Virus record (IMG/VR): IMGVR_UViG_3300050821_002279
Coordinates: 12,956-76,955 of that record
From: a virus
Length of the DNA stretch: 64,000 nt
Strand: one strand, 5' to 3'
Part shown: piece after piece, positions 49,366 through 59,317 of the stretch
How positions within the stretch are numbered: position 1 is the first letter of the stretch
Layout of the letters: every line of letters begins with the position of its first letter
Translations under genes and position numbers: made by a program
The notes under the pieces: generated by a model
Seen by the model: the letters and a program-made list of their open reading frames with translations, nothing else
Databases searched by the model: none
Told to the model about the DNA's origin: nothing

Positions 49366-50054
49366 GAAACATCCTGATATCATTGCTATTGGTTGTCGCG
49401 CAGTTGGCAAGCGGCCAAAGCGAGGTGATCTTTGCTCCTTGGAATCAGTACGCCTCGACCGCTGCCGGTTGCAGCATCAACGCCGCTGACACCTTCCACC
49501 GTGCTAATGAGAACCCATTGAGCCAAGGCGGGAATTGGAAACTGGTATCAGGTCAAGGGGCCTTACAGGTCTCCGGAAATGTCTGCACTTGGACCAACTG
49601 CGCAAGTCCTAACGGTGAAATGTATTTCGACGGGGCGCTTGGGTGGACTAATTGCCCATCCCAAACCTCAAGCACTTGGGTAACTGGAGGTCCGAATACC
49701 GCTGCTGGCGGCGGGTGGGGGCCATTCGTTCGATGCAGTCCGACGGTGAGGACATATTACGAGGCTATCGTTTGGCAGGGCAACGTGAGGCTGGAAGAGC
49801 GTATATCTGGCGTCGGGAATACACAGCTTGCAGACATTACTGTTACCTACGTCACAGGAGCAGAACTCACGCTATCTGTCACCGGGAGCGACCTCACGAA
49901 CAATGTGAATCTGATCGTAACTTACAATAACGTCCAGTTGACCAACATGCACCCGTTCCACGTCATCACTAATGGGTTTCCGGGGATTCGGTATAGTTCA
50001 GCGGATAGCACTTGCCTCATGGCCGTGACAAACTGGGTTGGAAGCTCGCCGTGA
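49362..50054 (+). CDS. Secreted-type beta-sandwich (lectin-like) protein
   Basis: 'MRNILISLLLVVAQLASG' signal; 'DTFHRANENPL..GGNW' start of a beta-rich domain. Confidence 0.55.
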   Translation: MRNILISLLLVVAQLASGQSEVIFAPWNQYASTAAGCSINAADTFHRANENPLSQGGNWKLVSGQGALQVSGNVCTWTNCASPNGEMYFDGALGWTNCPSQTSSTWVTGGPNTAAGGGWGPFVRCSPTVRTYYEAIVWQGNVRLEERISGVGNTQLADITVTYVTGAELTLSVTGSDLTNNVNLIVTYNNVQLTNMHPFHVITNGFPGIRYSSADSTCLMAVTNWVGSSP

Positions 50055-51613
50055 GACTCGCACTCTCCATCCTGCTTTGCTGCCTGAGCGCGAACGCCGC
50101 GACGATTACGAGTGTCCTGCGCGCGTCCAGCAACCCCAATTACTTCACCGACGCAACAGGCAAGGGCGTCATTCTCGTTGGCTCTCAAACATGGAACGAC
50201 TTTCTGGATCTCGGGTTAGCCTCTGGCGGCTCAGTAACCCCTCTCAACTTCGATCAATATGTGACGAACCTTGTTTTTTGGGGCCATTCCGCAACGATTG
50301 TTTGGCACAAAGACTTTCCGCAAATGTACAACTGGGGTGCAGCGGGCGGTAGCACTACATGGATTATGTCGCCGTATCAATGGGCGAGAAACGGCCCCGG
50401 TAACGCGACAGATGGGCTGCTCAAGTTCGATTTTACCGTGTTCGACACGAATTACTTTGCCCGCCTGAGGAGTAGGGTGATCGAACTTCAGACAAACGGG
50501 ATTTACGCAATCGTCCAACTTTTTGACGGCACCGGCTTGATTTTCTTTCGCGGTTCTGGGGACGGTTATCCATACACGGCAGCAAATAATATCAACGGCA
50601 TTGATGACGGCGGCGGAAGCTCGCAAACCTCGATGACGATGGTGGCAACCAATGCAATTACTGACGTGCAGGATAAATACATTGCGCACGTCATCAGCCA
50701 GATTGGAGATTTGCCAAACATCCTTTGGGAGCCTTCTGAGGAAGCGCCGACAAACTCACAGTTTTGGCAGAATCATGTTATTAGTGTTATTCGAGCAGTG
50801 GAGGCAACCAACACTTTGCAGCATCCTATCATGTACGCCAGCCTCACGACCCCGCCCCCTACCGACAGTGTGCTTTACAATTCTGCCGCCGATGCGGTTG
50901 CTCCTGGGACTAAGATTTCTACGTCCACAAGCTGCGGCACGAATACCCCGACGTGCAAGGTCGTGCTGGCTGATAGTGATCACCTTTACTTCGGCATGTG
51001 GAATGATTCACAGCAGGTAAATCGCAACTGGATTTGGGAAGAAGTTTGTAATGGGCATCAAGGGTTGTTTATGGACCCTTACGTTATTTATTGGCCAACG
51101 GGCACCAGAAATATACCTTCCGGCATAGTCAATGGAGTTGGAAGCGCACCCACGAATTATTGGAACAACCTTCGCTTTAATTTGGGCTGGATAGCGACCT
51201 ACATCGGCAAGATCAACAAAGGGGGAAACTTGGTGGGTTTAACGGTGACTTCAAACTCAATTTGCTCGACCGGCTGGTGCCTTGGGAATACGTCAGTTAA
51301 TTCCAATCAGTTCCTTGCTTATGCCCCAAGCGGCGGGACTTTCACGATGAATCTTAGCACGGCGAACGGTCGGGTGATCGCTTACGAATGGCTCGATCCA
51401 AAGAACCTTACCAACTCCCCCACACTTACGGTTGCTGGCGGTTCTGCTGCCCAATCGTTTACCCCGCCTTGGGGCTCGTCTCAAGATGCGGTTCTGCTTG
51501 CCCAGGATAGCGCCCTGACAAACACAACGACCGTTGCCAGTGTTGGCACCATCGCCGGTTTGAGTAGCGGCACGATTGAAAGTATTAGAGCCGGAACTAT
51601 ATCGTCGCAGTGA
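50051..51613 (+). CDS. Secreted-type glycoside-hydrolase-like protein (DUF4038/TIM barrel-like plus C-terminal beta domain)
   Basis: Signal 'MRLALSILLCCLSANA'; 'NPNYFTD.TGK...L.GS.TW', 'FDFTVFD..YF.RL..RV', 'NILWE..EE', 'DSDH' and 'YEWLDP'. Confidence 0.65.
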   Translation: MRLALSILLCCLSANAATITSVLRASSNPNYFTDATGKGVILVGSQTWNDFLDLGLASGGSVTPLNFDQYVTNLVFWGHSATIVWHKDFPQMYNWGAAGGSTTWIMSPYQWARNGPGNATDGLLKFDFTVFDTNYFARLRSRVIELQTNGIYAIVQLFDGTGLIFFRGSGDGYPYTAANNINGIDDGGGSSQTSMTMVATNAITDVQDKYIAHVISQIGDLPNILWEPSEEAPTNSQFWQNHVISVIRAVEATNTLQHPIMYASLTTPPPTDSVLYNSAADAVAPGTKISTSTSCGTNTPTCKVVLADSDHLYFGMWNDSQQVNRNWIWEEVCNGHQGLFMDPYVIYWPTGTRNIPSGIVNGVGSAPTNYWNNLRFNLGWIATYIGKINKGGNLVGLTVTSNSICSTGWCLGNTSVNSNQFLAYAPSGGTFTMNLSTANGRVIAYEWLDPKNLTNSPTLTVAGGSAAQSFTPPWGSSQDAVLLAQDSALTNTTTVASVGTIAGLSSGTIESIRAGTISSQ

Positions 51614-54102
51614 AAACGGTACTCGCAATCCTGACTGCCCTGTTCGTTGCTGGCCTTGCATCGGCACAGATTCACGTTGACGCCTATATCGACTTCGAGA
51701 CTTCCAGCGCCGGGACAATCGTTACCCCGACAATAGTTTCCAACAGCGTTCGAGCGGGAGGCTCTGCGTTCAATGGGTACAACGTCTATGTTAATGGCCC
51801 ATCCACCCCAGGCAGCGCAAGTGTCCTGGCGATTACCAACATCGAGGGACCGGCCTTGCCTGGACCAGTCAGTGTTGGCGGGACGGTGATTCAACCGAGT
51901 CACGGCACACGCTGCCTTTACACCCAAGGCTCGGTCTTTGAGGAAGCCGCTTGGCTTTTTGCGGGACAATCGCATGTGGTAATCAGTTATATGTGGCGAC
52001 CGGGTTTCGGCGGAAGCGGAGACTTCAATTTCTATGACGAGGTGACGATTCAGGACGGGGGCGATTTCTCCGTCAACAGCTTCGAGATGAACGGCAACAC
52101 GTCCCAACACCTGAAAACGCACAACCAGAACGGCACCCCCGCCGATCCTAATTATATCGATCTGACCGGCAAGGATAACAATGGCTACTGGTATTTTGTT
52201 TCACAAGAGTACAACGGGGGGCACCTTACCCAAATTGCCCTGTACAATCCAACGAACATGGCCCCGATAGGGTTGACTAATTCCCTGGCCTGCAACAATT
52301 CCAGCATGACTAGCATAAAGTTTGGGATGAACCACAGCCCGAACAATGTTGGCGTGCCAGCCTTTAATTACTACGACAACATCATTTTTGCCGTTGGAGC
52401 CAACGCTGTCTTTCCGTTGATCCCTACCAATTCAGCAGATTGCTTGATCGCGGATCACCGTACGGACTGGACAACGGCAGGAGTGCGCGGCGGGGTACCG
52501 ACTGTCAGCACGATTTACACGAATTTTTACTCAACGAATTACTGGGCGCAGATCCAGACTGGGATCAACAACTGCCCAAGTAATCAGGTCGTGAAGCTCA
52601 ACGGGGGTCCGTACACGCTCACGAACTTTCTGGACGTTCTCAACGGCGTGGTTTTGCGCGGCGATGGTCCGACGAACACGGTCCTGAATTACATCGGCGG
52701 CGGTTTCGAGGCGTTGCGGATTCGCGGCTCGGCTACCATAAATCCACCACCGAACAATGTCACTTGGACGAACGGCTACACGGCTGGAAGCACAAACCTG
52801 TTCTTTAGTTCCGTGCCAAATCTCGCTGTTGGGCAGGCCGTTATCCTCGTAGAAAACCCGGATCTTAGCGTGGTCAGCCCTTCCGGTAGCGACGTGCCTG
52901 CCGATTATTCGGGAATGCTTGGCAACTCGACCCTTATCCACCAGCAAATCGTTGTCGTAACGGCAATCACAACGAACACGATGGTAACGGTGTTTCCTCC
53001 GATCTACGCGACAAACTGGCTATCGAGCTTGAGTCCTCAGGCGTTCTGGCTGGGCAGCAACACGAGCATCCGAAAGGCCGGTATCGAGAACCTTTGCATC
53101 GACACTTCTGCCGGAAGCCCCAGCTACAACATTCTCGTTCAAGACAGCGTGGATTGCTGGCTCAAGAATGTGGAAAGCCGAAGCGGAAACTTGGCTCACG
53201 TCTATTGGTTTGAGAGCACTTGCGGGGAGATCCGCGAGTGCTATTTCCATATCGACACGAGCTACGGCACCAGTTCTTACGGCGTTTATCTGTACTGCTC
53301 TTCTGCGATCAAGGTGGAAGACAATATCACTTACGAAGTCACAGGGCCGATTCGACTTGCCACCGCAAGCGGAAACGTGATCGGGTATAACTACCTCGCA
53401 TGGCCGCGCTACGATAGCAGCCCGCATTTCCTCAACGAGGGCATAAAGACTCACGGCGGGCACCCGGATTACAACCTTTACGAGGGGAACGAGTTTACGA
53501 CTTCGACCAACGGCGCTGGGGTATATTTCGACAACACGCACGGCAGCAGCAGCCACAACACCGCCTTCCGCAACGACTGCCCCGGGTGGGACACCAACAT
53601 GACGGACAACACGTTTGCCATCGGGGTCATGTGCTCGAACCGCTGGGAAAACATTATCAACAACGTGCTGGGCGTGAAGTCCTACCACACCAATTATGCA
53701 ACGCCTCCAAGTGTTGCTCCAAGCGACATATTCATGCTCGGCTACTCAAACACGGCCTGGACGCTCAACGGCTACGACCTTCAGGTGACGAACAGCATCT
53801 TGATCCACGGCAATCAGGACACCGTGACGAGCACAAATGGCGGGATCGTTTACACGGCAGGGCTCAGCACTGTGTTCTCAAACTCTTATTACTACGCTTC
53901 AACGCCCTCATGGTGGGATGCCTCTCGCTGGCCGGGGGTGGGTAGTGATTTGACCGTGACAAACTTTACGCCAAACCCCGCGATGACGCGCTTTGCGGCC
54001 ATGAATCAAGCTGGAACGGCGCTATCCATCCCAAACACCTCGCTTGGGAGCGGAACGGTTCAAACCCTTCAGGGTGGAACTCTCATCCAAAACGGGCAAT
54101 GA
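51610..54102 (+). CDS. Secreted-type pectate-lyase-like beta-helix protein with an N-terminal beta-sandwich
   Basis: Signal 'MKTVLAILTALFVAGLASA'; 'DWTTAGVRGGVP', 'IQTGINNCP..QVVKL..G.Y', 'VVLRGDG' and 'HGGHP.YNLYEGN'. Confidence 0.7.
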   Translation: MKTVLAILTALFVAGLASAQIHVDAYIDFETSSAGTIVTPTIVSNSVRAGGSAFNGYNVYVNGPSTPGSASVLAITNIEGPALPGPVSVGGTVIQPSHGTRCLYTQGSVFEEAAWLFAGQSHVVISYMWRPGFGGSGDFNFYDEVTIQDGGDFSVNSFEMNGNTSQHLKTHNQNGTPADPNYIDLTGKDNNGYWYFVSQEYNGGHLTQIALYNPTNMAPIGLTNSLACNNSSMTSIKFGMNHSPNNVGVPAFNYYDNIIFAVGANAVFPLIPTNSADCLIADHRTDWTTAGVRGGVPTVSTIYTNFYSTNYWAQIQTGINNCPSNQVVKLNGGPYTLTNFLDVLNGVVLRGDGPTNTVLNYIGGGFEALRIRGSATINPPPNNVTWTNGYTAGSTNLFFSSVPNLAVGQAVILVENPDLSVVSPSGSDVPADYSGMLGNSTLIHQQIVVVTAITTNTMVTVFPPIYATNWLSSLSPQAFWLGSNTSIRKAGIENLCIDTSAGSPSYNILVQDSVDCWLKNVESRSGNLAHVYWFESTCGEIRECYFHIDTSYGTSSYGVYLYCSSAIKVEDNITYEVTGPIRLATASGNVIGYNYLAWPRYDSSPHFLNEGIKTHGGHPDYNLYEGNEFTTSTNGAGVYFDNTHGSSSHNTAFRNDCPGWDTNMTDNTFAIGVMCSNRWENIINNVLGVKSYHTNYATPPSVAPSDIFMLGYSNTAWTLNGYDLQVTNSILIHGNQDTVTSTNGGIVYTAGLSTVFSNSYYYASTPSWWDASRWPGVGSDLTVTNFTPNPAMTRFAAMNQAGTALSIPNTSLGSGTVQTLQGGTLIQNGQ

Positions 54103-54302
54103 AGCTCACGAAACGACAACGAGAAGTTCTCAGGGCATGGCTCAAAACCACATCTCAGAAACAAGCCGCGTTTGAGCTTGGAATCAGCGAGAAAACTATC
54201 CAAGATCACCTCGTAAAGATGAAAGCAAAGCTCGGAATAGTGTCGTCGCTCTGGCTTGCAATTTGGGCCGTAAGAAATAGGGTGGTAAAATACGCATTAT
54301 GA
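54099..54302 (+). CDS. LuxR-type HTH protein
   Basis: 'LTKRQREVL.......SQKQAAFELGISEKTIQDHL...KAKLGI'. Confidence 0.85.
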   Translation: MKLTKRQREVLRAWLKTTSQKQAAFELGISEKTIQDHLVKMKAKLGIVSSLWLAIWAVRNRVVKYAL

Positions 54303-54694
54303 AGAAAGCACTCGTAACGCTCGCGATCTCCGCTCTGGCCGTCATCATCTCGGCTGGCGCAACGCTCTATTTCCGATTTCAGCCGGGGAGCGCAGGTGAA
54401 CTTGGCGGGCTGTCCACGAACGATTGGCTGACGAATATAACGCTCAACGTGAGCTTTTCGACGAACGTAGCGATCCCGATAACCAACTGGCCGGTTGTTG
54501 CCTCGTATCCCGCCGCTCAGTTCTTGACTCAGGGACCGGCTGGATCATGGTGGACAAGCTCAATCCCATCGGCGGCAAGTGCCGGTTTCTATACGATTCA
54601 ACCGACCAACGGAAACGGTACGATCGGCCCTTTTTCCTATCCCGGCGTGTGGCTCCCGACGCTGCCCGGGGGTTTTATCAAAATCGGGCAATGA
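54299..54694 (+). CDS. Small secreted-type protein
   Basis: Signal 'MKKALVTLAISALAVIISAGA'. Confidence 0.55.
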   Translation: MKKALVTLAISALAVIISAGATLYFRFQPGSAGELGGLSTNDWLTNITLNVSFSTNVAIPITNWPVVASYPAAQFLTQGPAGSWWTSSIPSAASAGFYTIQPTNGNGTIGPFSYPGVWLPTLPGGFIKIGQ

Positions 54695-54772
54695 AATATC
54701 CGCTTCCACCAGCGCCGGGGCAATGACTTTGCGAACCTCGACTAAACCTCAAGGACCGAGCGAAAGGTCTAT

Positions 54773-55379
54773 ATGGGATTATCGGAATATATGGCAAACA
54801 AAGCAGCGCAAATTAGCATAAGCCTAAACACCGTAGTTCTGGCAATCGTCTCGACAATGGTTGGAATCGGAATTCATAAGGCGGATAAAGCCTTTGACGA
54901 GATTACGGCATTGAGGATCGAGCACAATGACCTCGAACGGCGCGTTGGACAGATTGAAACGGCGATGGGAGTAATTGTTGTGCCTCCAGTCAAAAAGCCA
55001 TGATTGAGAAAGGCGAAGTCATTCTCGGCGTTTGTGGGGCGATTAGCGTCGTCGTAAACGGATGGATTGCTTATCACGTCCCGAAAATAAGAGAGGGCCT
55101 CCACGAGATTCATTTGACGATGAACTCTCGATTGACCGAACTGATAGCGGCAGAGAAGGCAAAATCGCGAGAGGAGGGGGCGGCAGAGCAAAGGGACAAG
55201 TCGAAATGACCCTCAACATTCCAGATGGCCTAGTTGAAACCCTCGTCGCGGCATGGCTCGCGTTTCAAGGCTGGATGTTTGCGGAACTCGTGAAAATCAA
55301 AAGCAAGCTCGACGTGACCGATGAGCGGGCAAAAGGCGTTCAGAAGGCGCTCGAACTCAAACAAACTGAAAAAACATGA
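54773..55379 (+). other. Three small single-TM plus coiled-coil ORFs (54773-55003, 55000-55209, 55206-55379)
   Basis: Each has one hydrophobic helix and a charged tail; ATGA-coupled; lysis-region-like. Confidence 0.5.
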
Positions 55380-55795
55380 ATACCCTAAACGACATCCTTA
55401 GCTACCTAGACAAACTGCAAGGCTTACCCGCCGCAGGCTTGGTCCTCGTCCTCTGCATCGCCGTTGGTTATGCGTGGCGCGGGTTGAACCTCAAGTGGTT
55501 CCCAAACGACGCGATCCCGCTTGTTGTCATGATCACGGGCTCACTGTTCATGATGTTCATTGCCGATGGCAGGCCGACAACCATGCCGCATCACGTTTGG
55601 ACGGCTCGCAATCTCGCCGTGGGCTTCGTCATCGGCGCAATCGCTTGGGCTGTGCATAATTACGCTCTGGCTTGGATCGAGAAGTGGCTCGTCTCGAAGA
55701 TACCGGGGCTTTCCAATACAACCTTCTTCACGAAAGACGGATCGCCGCCAACCGAAAATCCCTCTGGACAGTCAAACAAACCTCATGTACCGTAA
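55376..55795 (+). CDS. Putative holin
   Basis: Three TM helices, 'PNDAIPL' motif and a hydrophilic C-terminal tail. Confidence 0.6.
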   Translation: MNTLNDILSYLDKLQGLPAAGLVLVLCIAVGYAWRGLNLKWFPNDAIPLVVMITGSLFMMFIADGRPTTMPHHVWTARNLAVGFVIGAIAWAVHNYALAWIEKWLVSKIPGLSNTTFFTKDGSPPTENPSGQSNKPHVP

Positions 55796-55803
55796 AATCA
55801 CTT

Positions 55804-56391
55804 ATGAAAAGACTCCTGTTAACCACATTAGCTTTACTGGGACTGATCGCATCATCGGCGCTGGCGCAAACGAATCTTCCGCCGACACCTACCGGCTTAA
55901 CCGATCTCGGAAATACAATCCTGGGTTATTTCATTTCGTTCAACACGAATTTGGATAGCACATTTGGATCTTCATCGTTCGACCTGTGGGCCGGGGTTTC
56001 ATCGGTGCAGAACGGAGACGCTCCGATTGTAAACGACCTTGGCCTTTCGTACGACATCTGGCGACCCGTGCCCGCGACAAACTCTCCTGTTAAAACGGCG
56101 GTCAGCCTGGAAAATGTTATTCGCGACAGTGGCCTTGCCGGGAGCCTTATCAGCGATCAATTCGGGCCTTCATTCTCGTTGATCGTTCACGACGTTAAGA
56201 TCACGGCTTACATTGACGGCGGGTACGACTTCTTCAGGAAGAATACCAAGTTTAAGGAGAAGCTATTCGGTGAAGTCGGCCTGAGAGCTAAGAAAGCAAT
56301 CGGCACGCATTTTTACTTCGGCGTTGGCCTGGGGCAGCAATTCCCGACGAATGTGCGAGTGCTTTCGGCATTTACTGGCGCTACGTTTTAG
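55804..56391 (+). CDS. Secreted or outer-membrane beta-barrel-like protein
   Basis: Signal 'MKRLLLTTLALLGLIASSALA', amphipathic beta strands and a terminal Phe ('AFTGATF'). Confidence 0.55.
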   Translation: MKRLLLTTLALLGLIASSALAQTNLPPTPTGLTDLGNTILGYFISFNTNLDSTFGSSSFDLWAGVSSVQNGDAPIVNDLGLSYDIWRPVPATNSPVKTAVSLENVIRDSGLAGSLISDQFGPSFSLIVHDVKITAYIDGGYDFFRKNTKFKEKLFGEVGLRAKKAIGTHFYFGVGLGQQFPTNVRVLSAFTGATF

Positions 56392-56811
56392 GTGATCCCC
56401 AATCTCCTTCAAGTTGAGGACTCGATCTGGCGAGGTGGACAGCCCGAAACGCCGGAAGACTGGGAATATCTGGCCAACATCGGCGTCAACCAGATCATAA
56501 AGTTAAACACGGATTCAGAGGGCGTCGATTCTCCGGTAGAGGGGACGGCGCTCTTCAAGTGTCCCATTACGACGCTGGAGCAAATCCTGACGGAGCCGGA
56601 TAAGCAGGCCGTCATTGACGCGGTTGGTTTTATCTCGCCTGGGAGCATGGTGCATTGCGAGCACGGGCAGGATCGCACGGGCCTTGTCGTTGCCTGTTAC
56701 CGTCGCTCTCGGGGATGGTCAAAGGCTAAAGCCGAAGAAGAAATGCTCAATCTTGGCTTCCACAAATTACTTTTAGGGCTTTGGGAATTTTGGCGTGAAT
56801 GGACTCCGTGA
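56392..56811 (+). CDS. Tyrosine / dual-specificity phosphatase family protein
   Basis: 'IWRGGQP' and catalytic loop 'VHCEHGQDRTG'. Confidence 0.9.
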   Translation: MIPNLLQVEDSIWRGGQPETPEDWEYLANIGVNQIIKLNTDSEGVDSPVEGTALFKCPITTLEQILTEPDKQAVIDAVGFISPGSMVHCEHGQDRTGLVVACYRRSRGWSKAKAEEEMLNLGFHKLLLGLWEFWREWTP

Positions 56812-56844
56812 AAACGGCTTCCTACCCCTGGAACCTGCTCGCCC

Positions 56845-57228
56845 CTAAGCGTTGGAAACGATCTCCAAAAACTCCCTCTTCGACCGCACGACGTAAGCTT
56901 TCAATCCCTGCATCTCAAGGAGCATCGCGAAAGCCAGTTGATCGGTGCTCCGCTTGCCTTCCCTGTCCTTAACTTCGATCCAGAAGACCTTCCCTCGGTA
57001 TGCCAAAATAAAGTCGGGAGTCCCTTTAGTAACCCCAGATCGTTTATCCGGCCTCGCGTGGACGCAGGGCACCATCGGGTATTGTTCCTTGCACCACTGA
57101 AGGATCTCCCCATGTAGCGGCAATTCTTCCTCAACAGCATCATCTGCGACGATTGGGTCTGATAATCGCCCTGCATTCTGCTCAACCCGCCTGAGCATTT
57201 CCTGAAACTGCTCGGGGGTAATTGGCAT
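56845..57228 (-). CDS. VRR-NUC-like PD-(D/E)XK nuclease
   Basis: 'KGTPDF.......FWIEVK...GK.S.DQ..F'. Confidence 0.85.
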   Translation of the reverse strand: MPITPEQFQEMLRRVEQNAGRLSDPIVADDAVEEELPLHGEILQWCKEQYPMVPCVHARPDKRSGVTKGTPDFILAYRGKVFWIEVKDREGKRSTDQLAFAMLLEMQGLKAYVVRSKREFLEIVSNA

Positions 57229-58170
57229 TACTCCAAGTCAAACACGCGCTTCCCCGGTTTGAGCGGATCGACCCTCTCGGGTTCACTGGGCATTTTTCGG
57301 CTGAAATCCATCCCCGTTTTCTTCAAATCAAGCTGCCCCATAACGCATCGGTAAGTCAGCTCTCCGGTTGCGTCAAAATACCCGTTCTGTCCAGATAGCA
57401 ATCTGACAGGAGAACTCTGCGCTTTCCAAGCTGCGCGAATCTCGGATTCCTTAACGCAAATATCCCGATCTTTAAGCGGAAGCTTCGACAAAGCCTTACC
57501 AAGGAAAAGGAAGAGGGCCACGATTATTTTAGTCTGCCGATCTTCCGGCTTCGCTGCCGTGTTTATGGTTTGAGCGGGTTCGATGATGCCGTTCGCGTGT
57601 CCCATGCAGCATTTACCGCAAAATAATTGCTCCGCATCTTTCCTGTTGTGCGACATTTGGCCGCAGCGAAAGCATTGAATCCACGAGTTGTCATGCGCCT
57701 TGCGGTATGTGATCGGAAAAGTATTCATCGTTCAACAAACACCGCGATTATGGTCTCCGTGAGCGAAGATCCAAACGAAATAAACTGGTTGAATTTCCAG
57801 CTTTCCAGCTCATAACCTCGCTCCGCATTCACGCTGATAATCCGCTCAAATTCCTGGGAGATTAAAGGCTTAACTTCTGGCTCCGGTTTGCAGGCGATCC
57901 AGTTGCGCGTAATTTCTGCTACGATTCGTTTTTTCATTCTCGTATGGCGCTTCTAGTTATTGCAAGCGGCTCAATCCGGGTACATTGGTTTTTCCCAAGC
58001 GCAAGGCATTCAGCACAGGCAATCCCCCACTCTGGGCCGTAATAGTTTCTTATCGTTGTGAAGCAGACTTCGCATTTCGCGGAGTCTAAGGCTACCCCCT
58101 CTTTGTGAGTTTCGCGATATTGCTTCCGCCTCTTGAGAACCGCGTCCAGCCTTGCAATAAATAAATCCAT
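57228..58170 (-). other. Three hypothetical early ORFs (57228-57728, 57725-57937, 57934-58170)
   Basis: Coupled ORFs, two of them with CxxC pairs. Confidence 0.5.
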
Positions 58171-58171
58171 T

Positions 58172-59317
58172 TTACCTCGCCTTCCTCAAAATCTTCTCCC
58201 CCTCCCCAATCTCAATAAACTGCGCAAGAAGCTGCTTAACCTCTCCATTGGCGTATTTCTCCCCCACGCCCATGTATTTTTCCGCGAGCTTCCCAAGTTT
58301 CCCCAGGCCGAATTCCAGGCACATCCAAAGCTCCATCTCGTTCCAGCCTTTTTCCTTGAGCAGGCCGAATGCGCCTTCGACATCCTTCCACGTCAGGGTT
58401 TCGCGTCCTTTGCCGCGTCGAATTCCAAGTGCGGCGAGTTCCTCATCACTGAAAGACTTCAGGCGATCTTTAACGGCCTTGAGGATTGATTCGATTGTGG
58501 AAGACGCCTCCCAGATGCGAGCCAGATCGTCAGGCGTAACAGCTTCCACAGCAACCCCCGCCTTCTTTCCAGACAAAATCCCGCTGGCGATTGTTGACGG
58601 CAGCAAAGCAAAGGCGACGGCTTGTGGACAAAAAGACTTCGCCTTGCAATAACGACAGTGAAGCCCTGGTGAACGAACTGCATCCGGTTGAGTTGCCCAC
58701 CAAATCGCCAGAATGATGCTCTCGTAGCTGTAATGCAAATCCATCTCTGAATAATCAACAAAATCAAGCTCAGATTCCTCATATCTCGGCTTAGCAAAAG
58801 CGACACGGATATTTTTTAAGTGTGGATGTTCAAGCCACAAGAGAACGGCCTGCATTCGAAGCTGATAATTGCCAGTCGCGCCGACAAGGTGATTCAAGAA
58901 GCCAACCTTCCAATCAATAATGTGAGCATATTCACGGCAGAGGAAATGCACGTCAAGTTGCCCACTACCGACCGGATCTAAGTTGTGGTTGTGAATCCAA
59001 AGCCGGAGTTCGTTCGGCCCCTGCTTTACATCATCGTCTTTGAAGCCCCAAGTGGATTTCCACTTCTCAAGTAAACGTTCCTCATAGCGCAACCCAGACT
59101 GGTAAAGTTCGAATTCCTCCGGGTTAAGTTCGAGCGTGTTTGATGTCTCGCGGGCCTTATGTACGCGCAACCCAACTTCGGTTATTTCGGTTGAATCATC
59201 CGGCGCATCATCTTTAACGCGCTCCTCCATAGCGTGACTTCCGGGGCACGCGGCAACTCGTTCGAGCTTCGACGCGGAAGGGAGTCCTATCCTTGGATCG
59301 TTCAAAGCCACCCCCAT
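58172..59317 (-). CDS. Cas4-like / DUF2800-like PD-(D/E)XK exonuclease
   Basis: 'SASKLERVAACPGS', 'GQLD', 'IIDWK.G', 'QL..QA' and 'PGLHCRYCKAKSFCP'. Confidence 0.8.
   Translation of the reverse strand: MGVALNDPRIGLPSASKLERVAACPGSHAMEERVKDDAPDDSTEITEVGLRVHKARETSNTLELNPEEFELYQSGLRYEERLLEKWKSTWGFKDDDVKQGPNELRLWIHNHNLDPVGSGQLDVHFLCREYAHIIDWKVGFLNHLVGATGNYQLRMQAVLLWLEHPHLKNIRVAFAKPRYEESELDFVDYSEMDLHYSYESIILAIWWATQPDAVRSPGLHCRYCKAKSFCPQAVAFALLPSTIASGILSGKKAGVAVEAVTPDDLARIWEASSTIESILKAVKDRLKSFSDEELAALGIRRGKGRETLTWKDVEGAFGLLKEKGWNEMELWMCLEFGLGKLGKLAEKYMGVGEKYANGEVKQLLAQFIEIGEGEKILRKAR

Noticed and set aside
58172-59317. Cas4-like nuclease as part of the pentamer system
   Set aside because: It is over 30 kb away among recombination genes, and solo Cas4-like exonucleases are common in phages. 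A link is not excluded but is unsupported.
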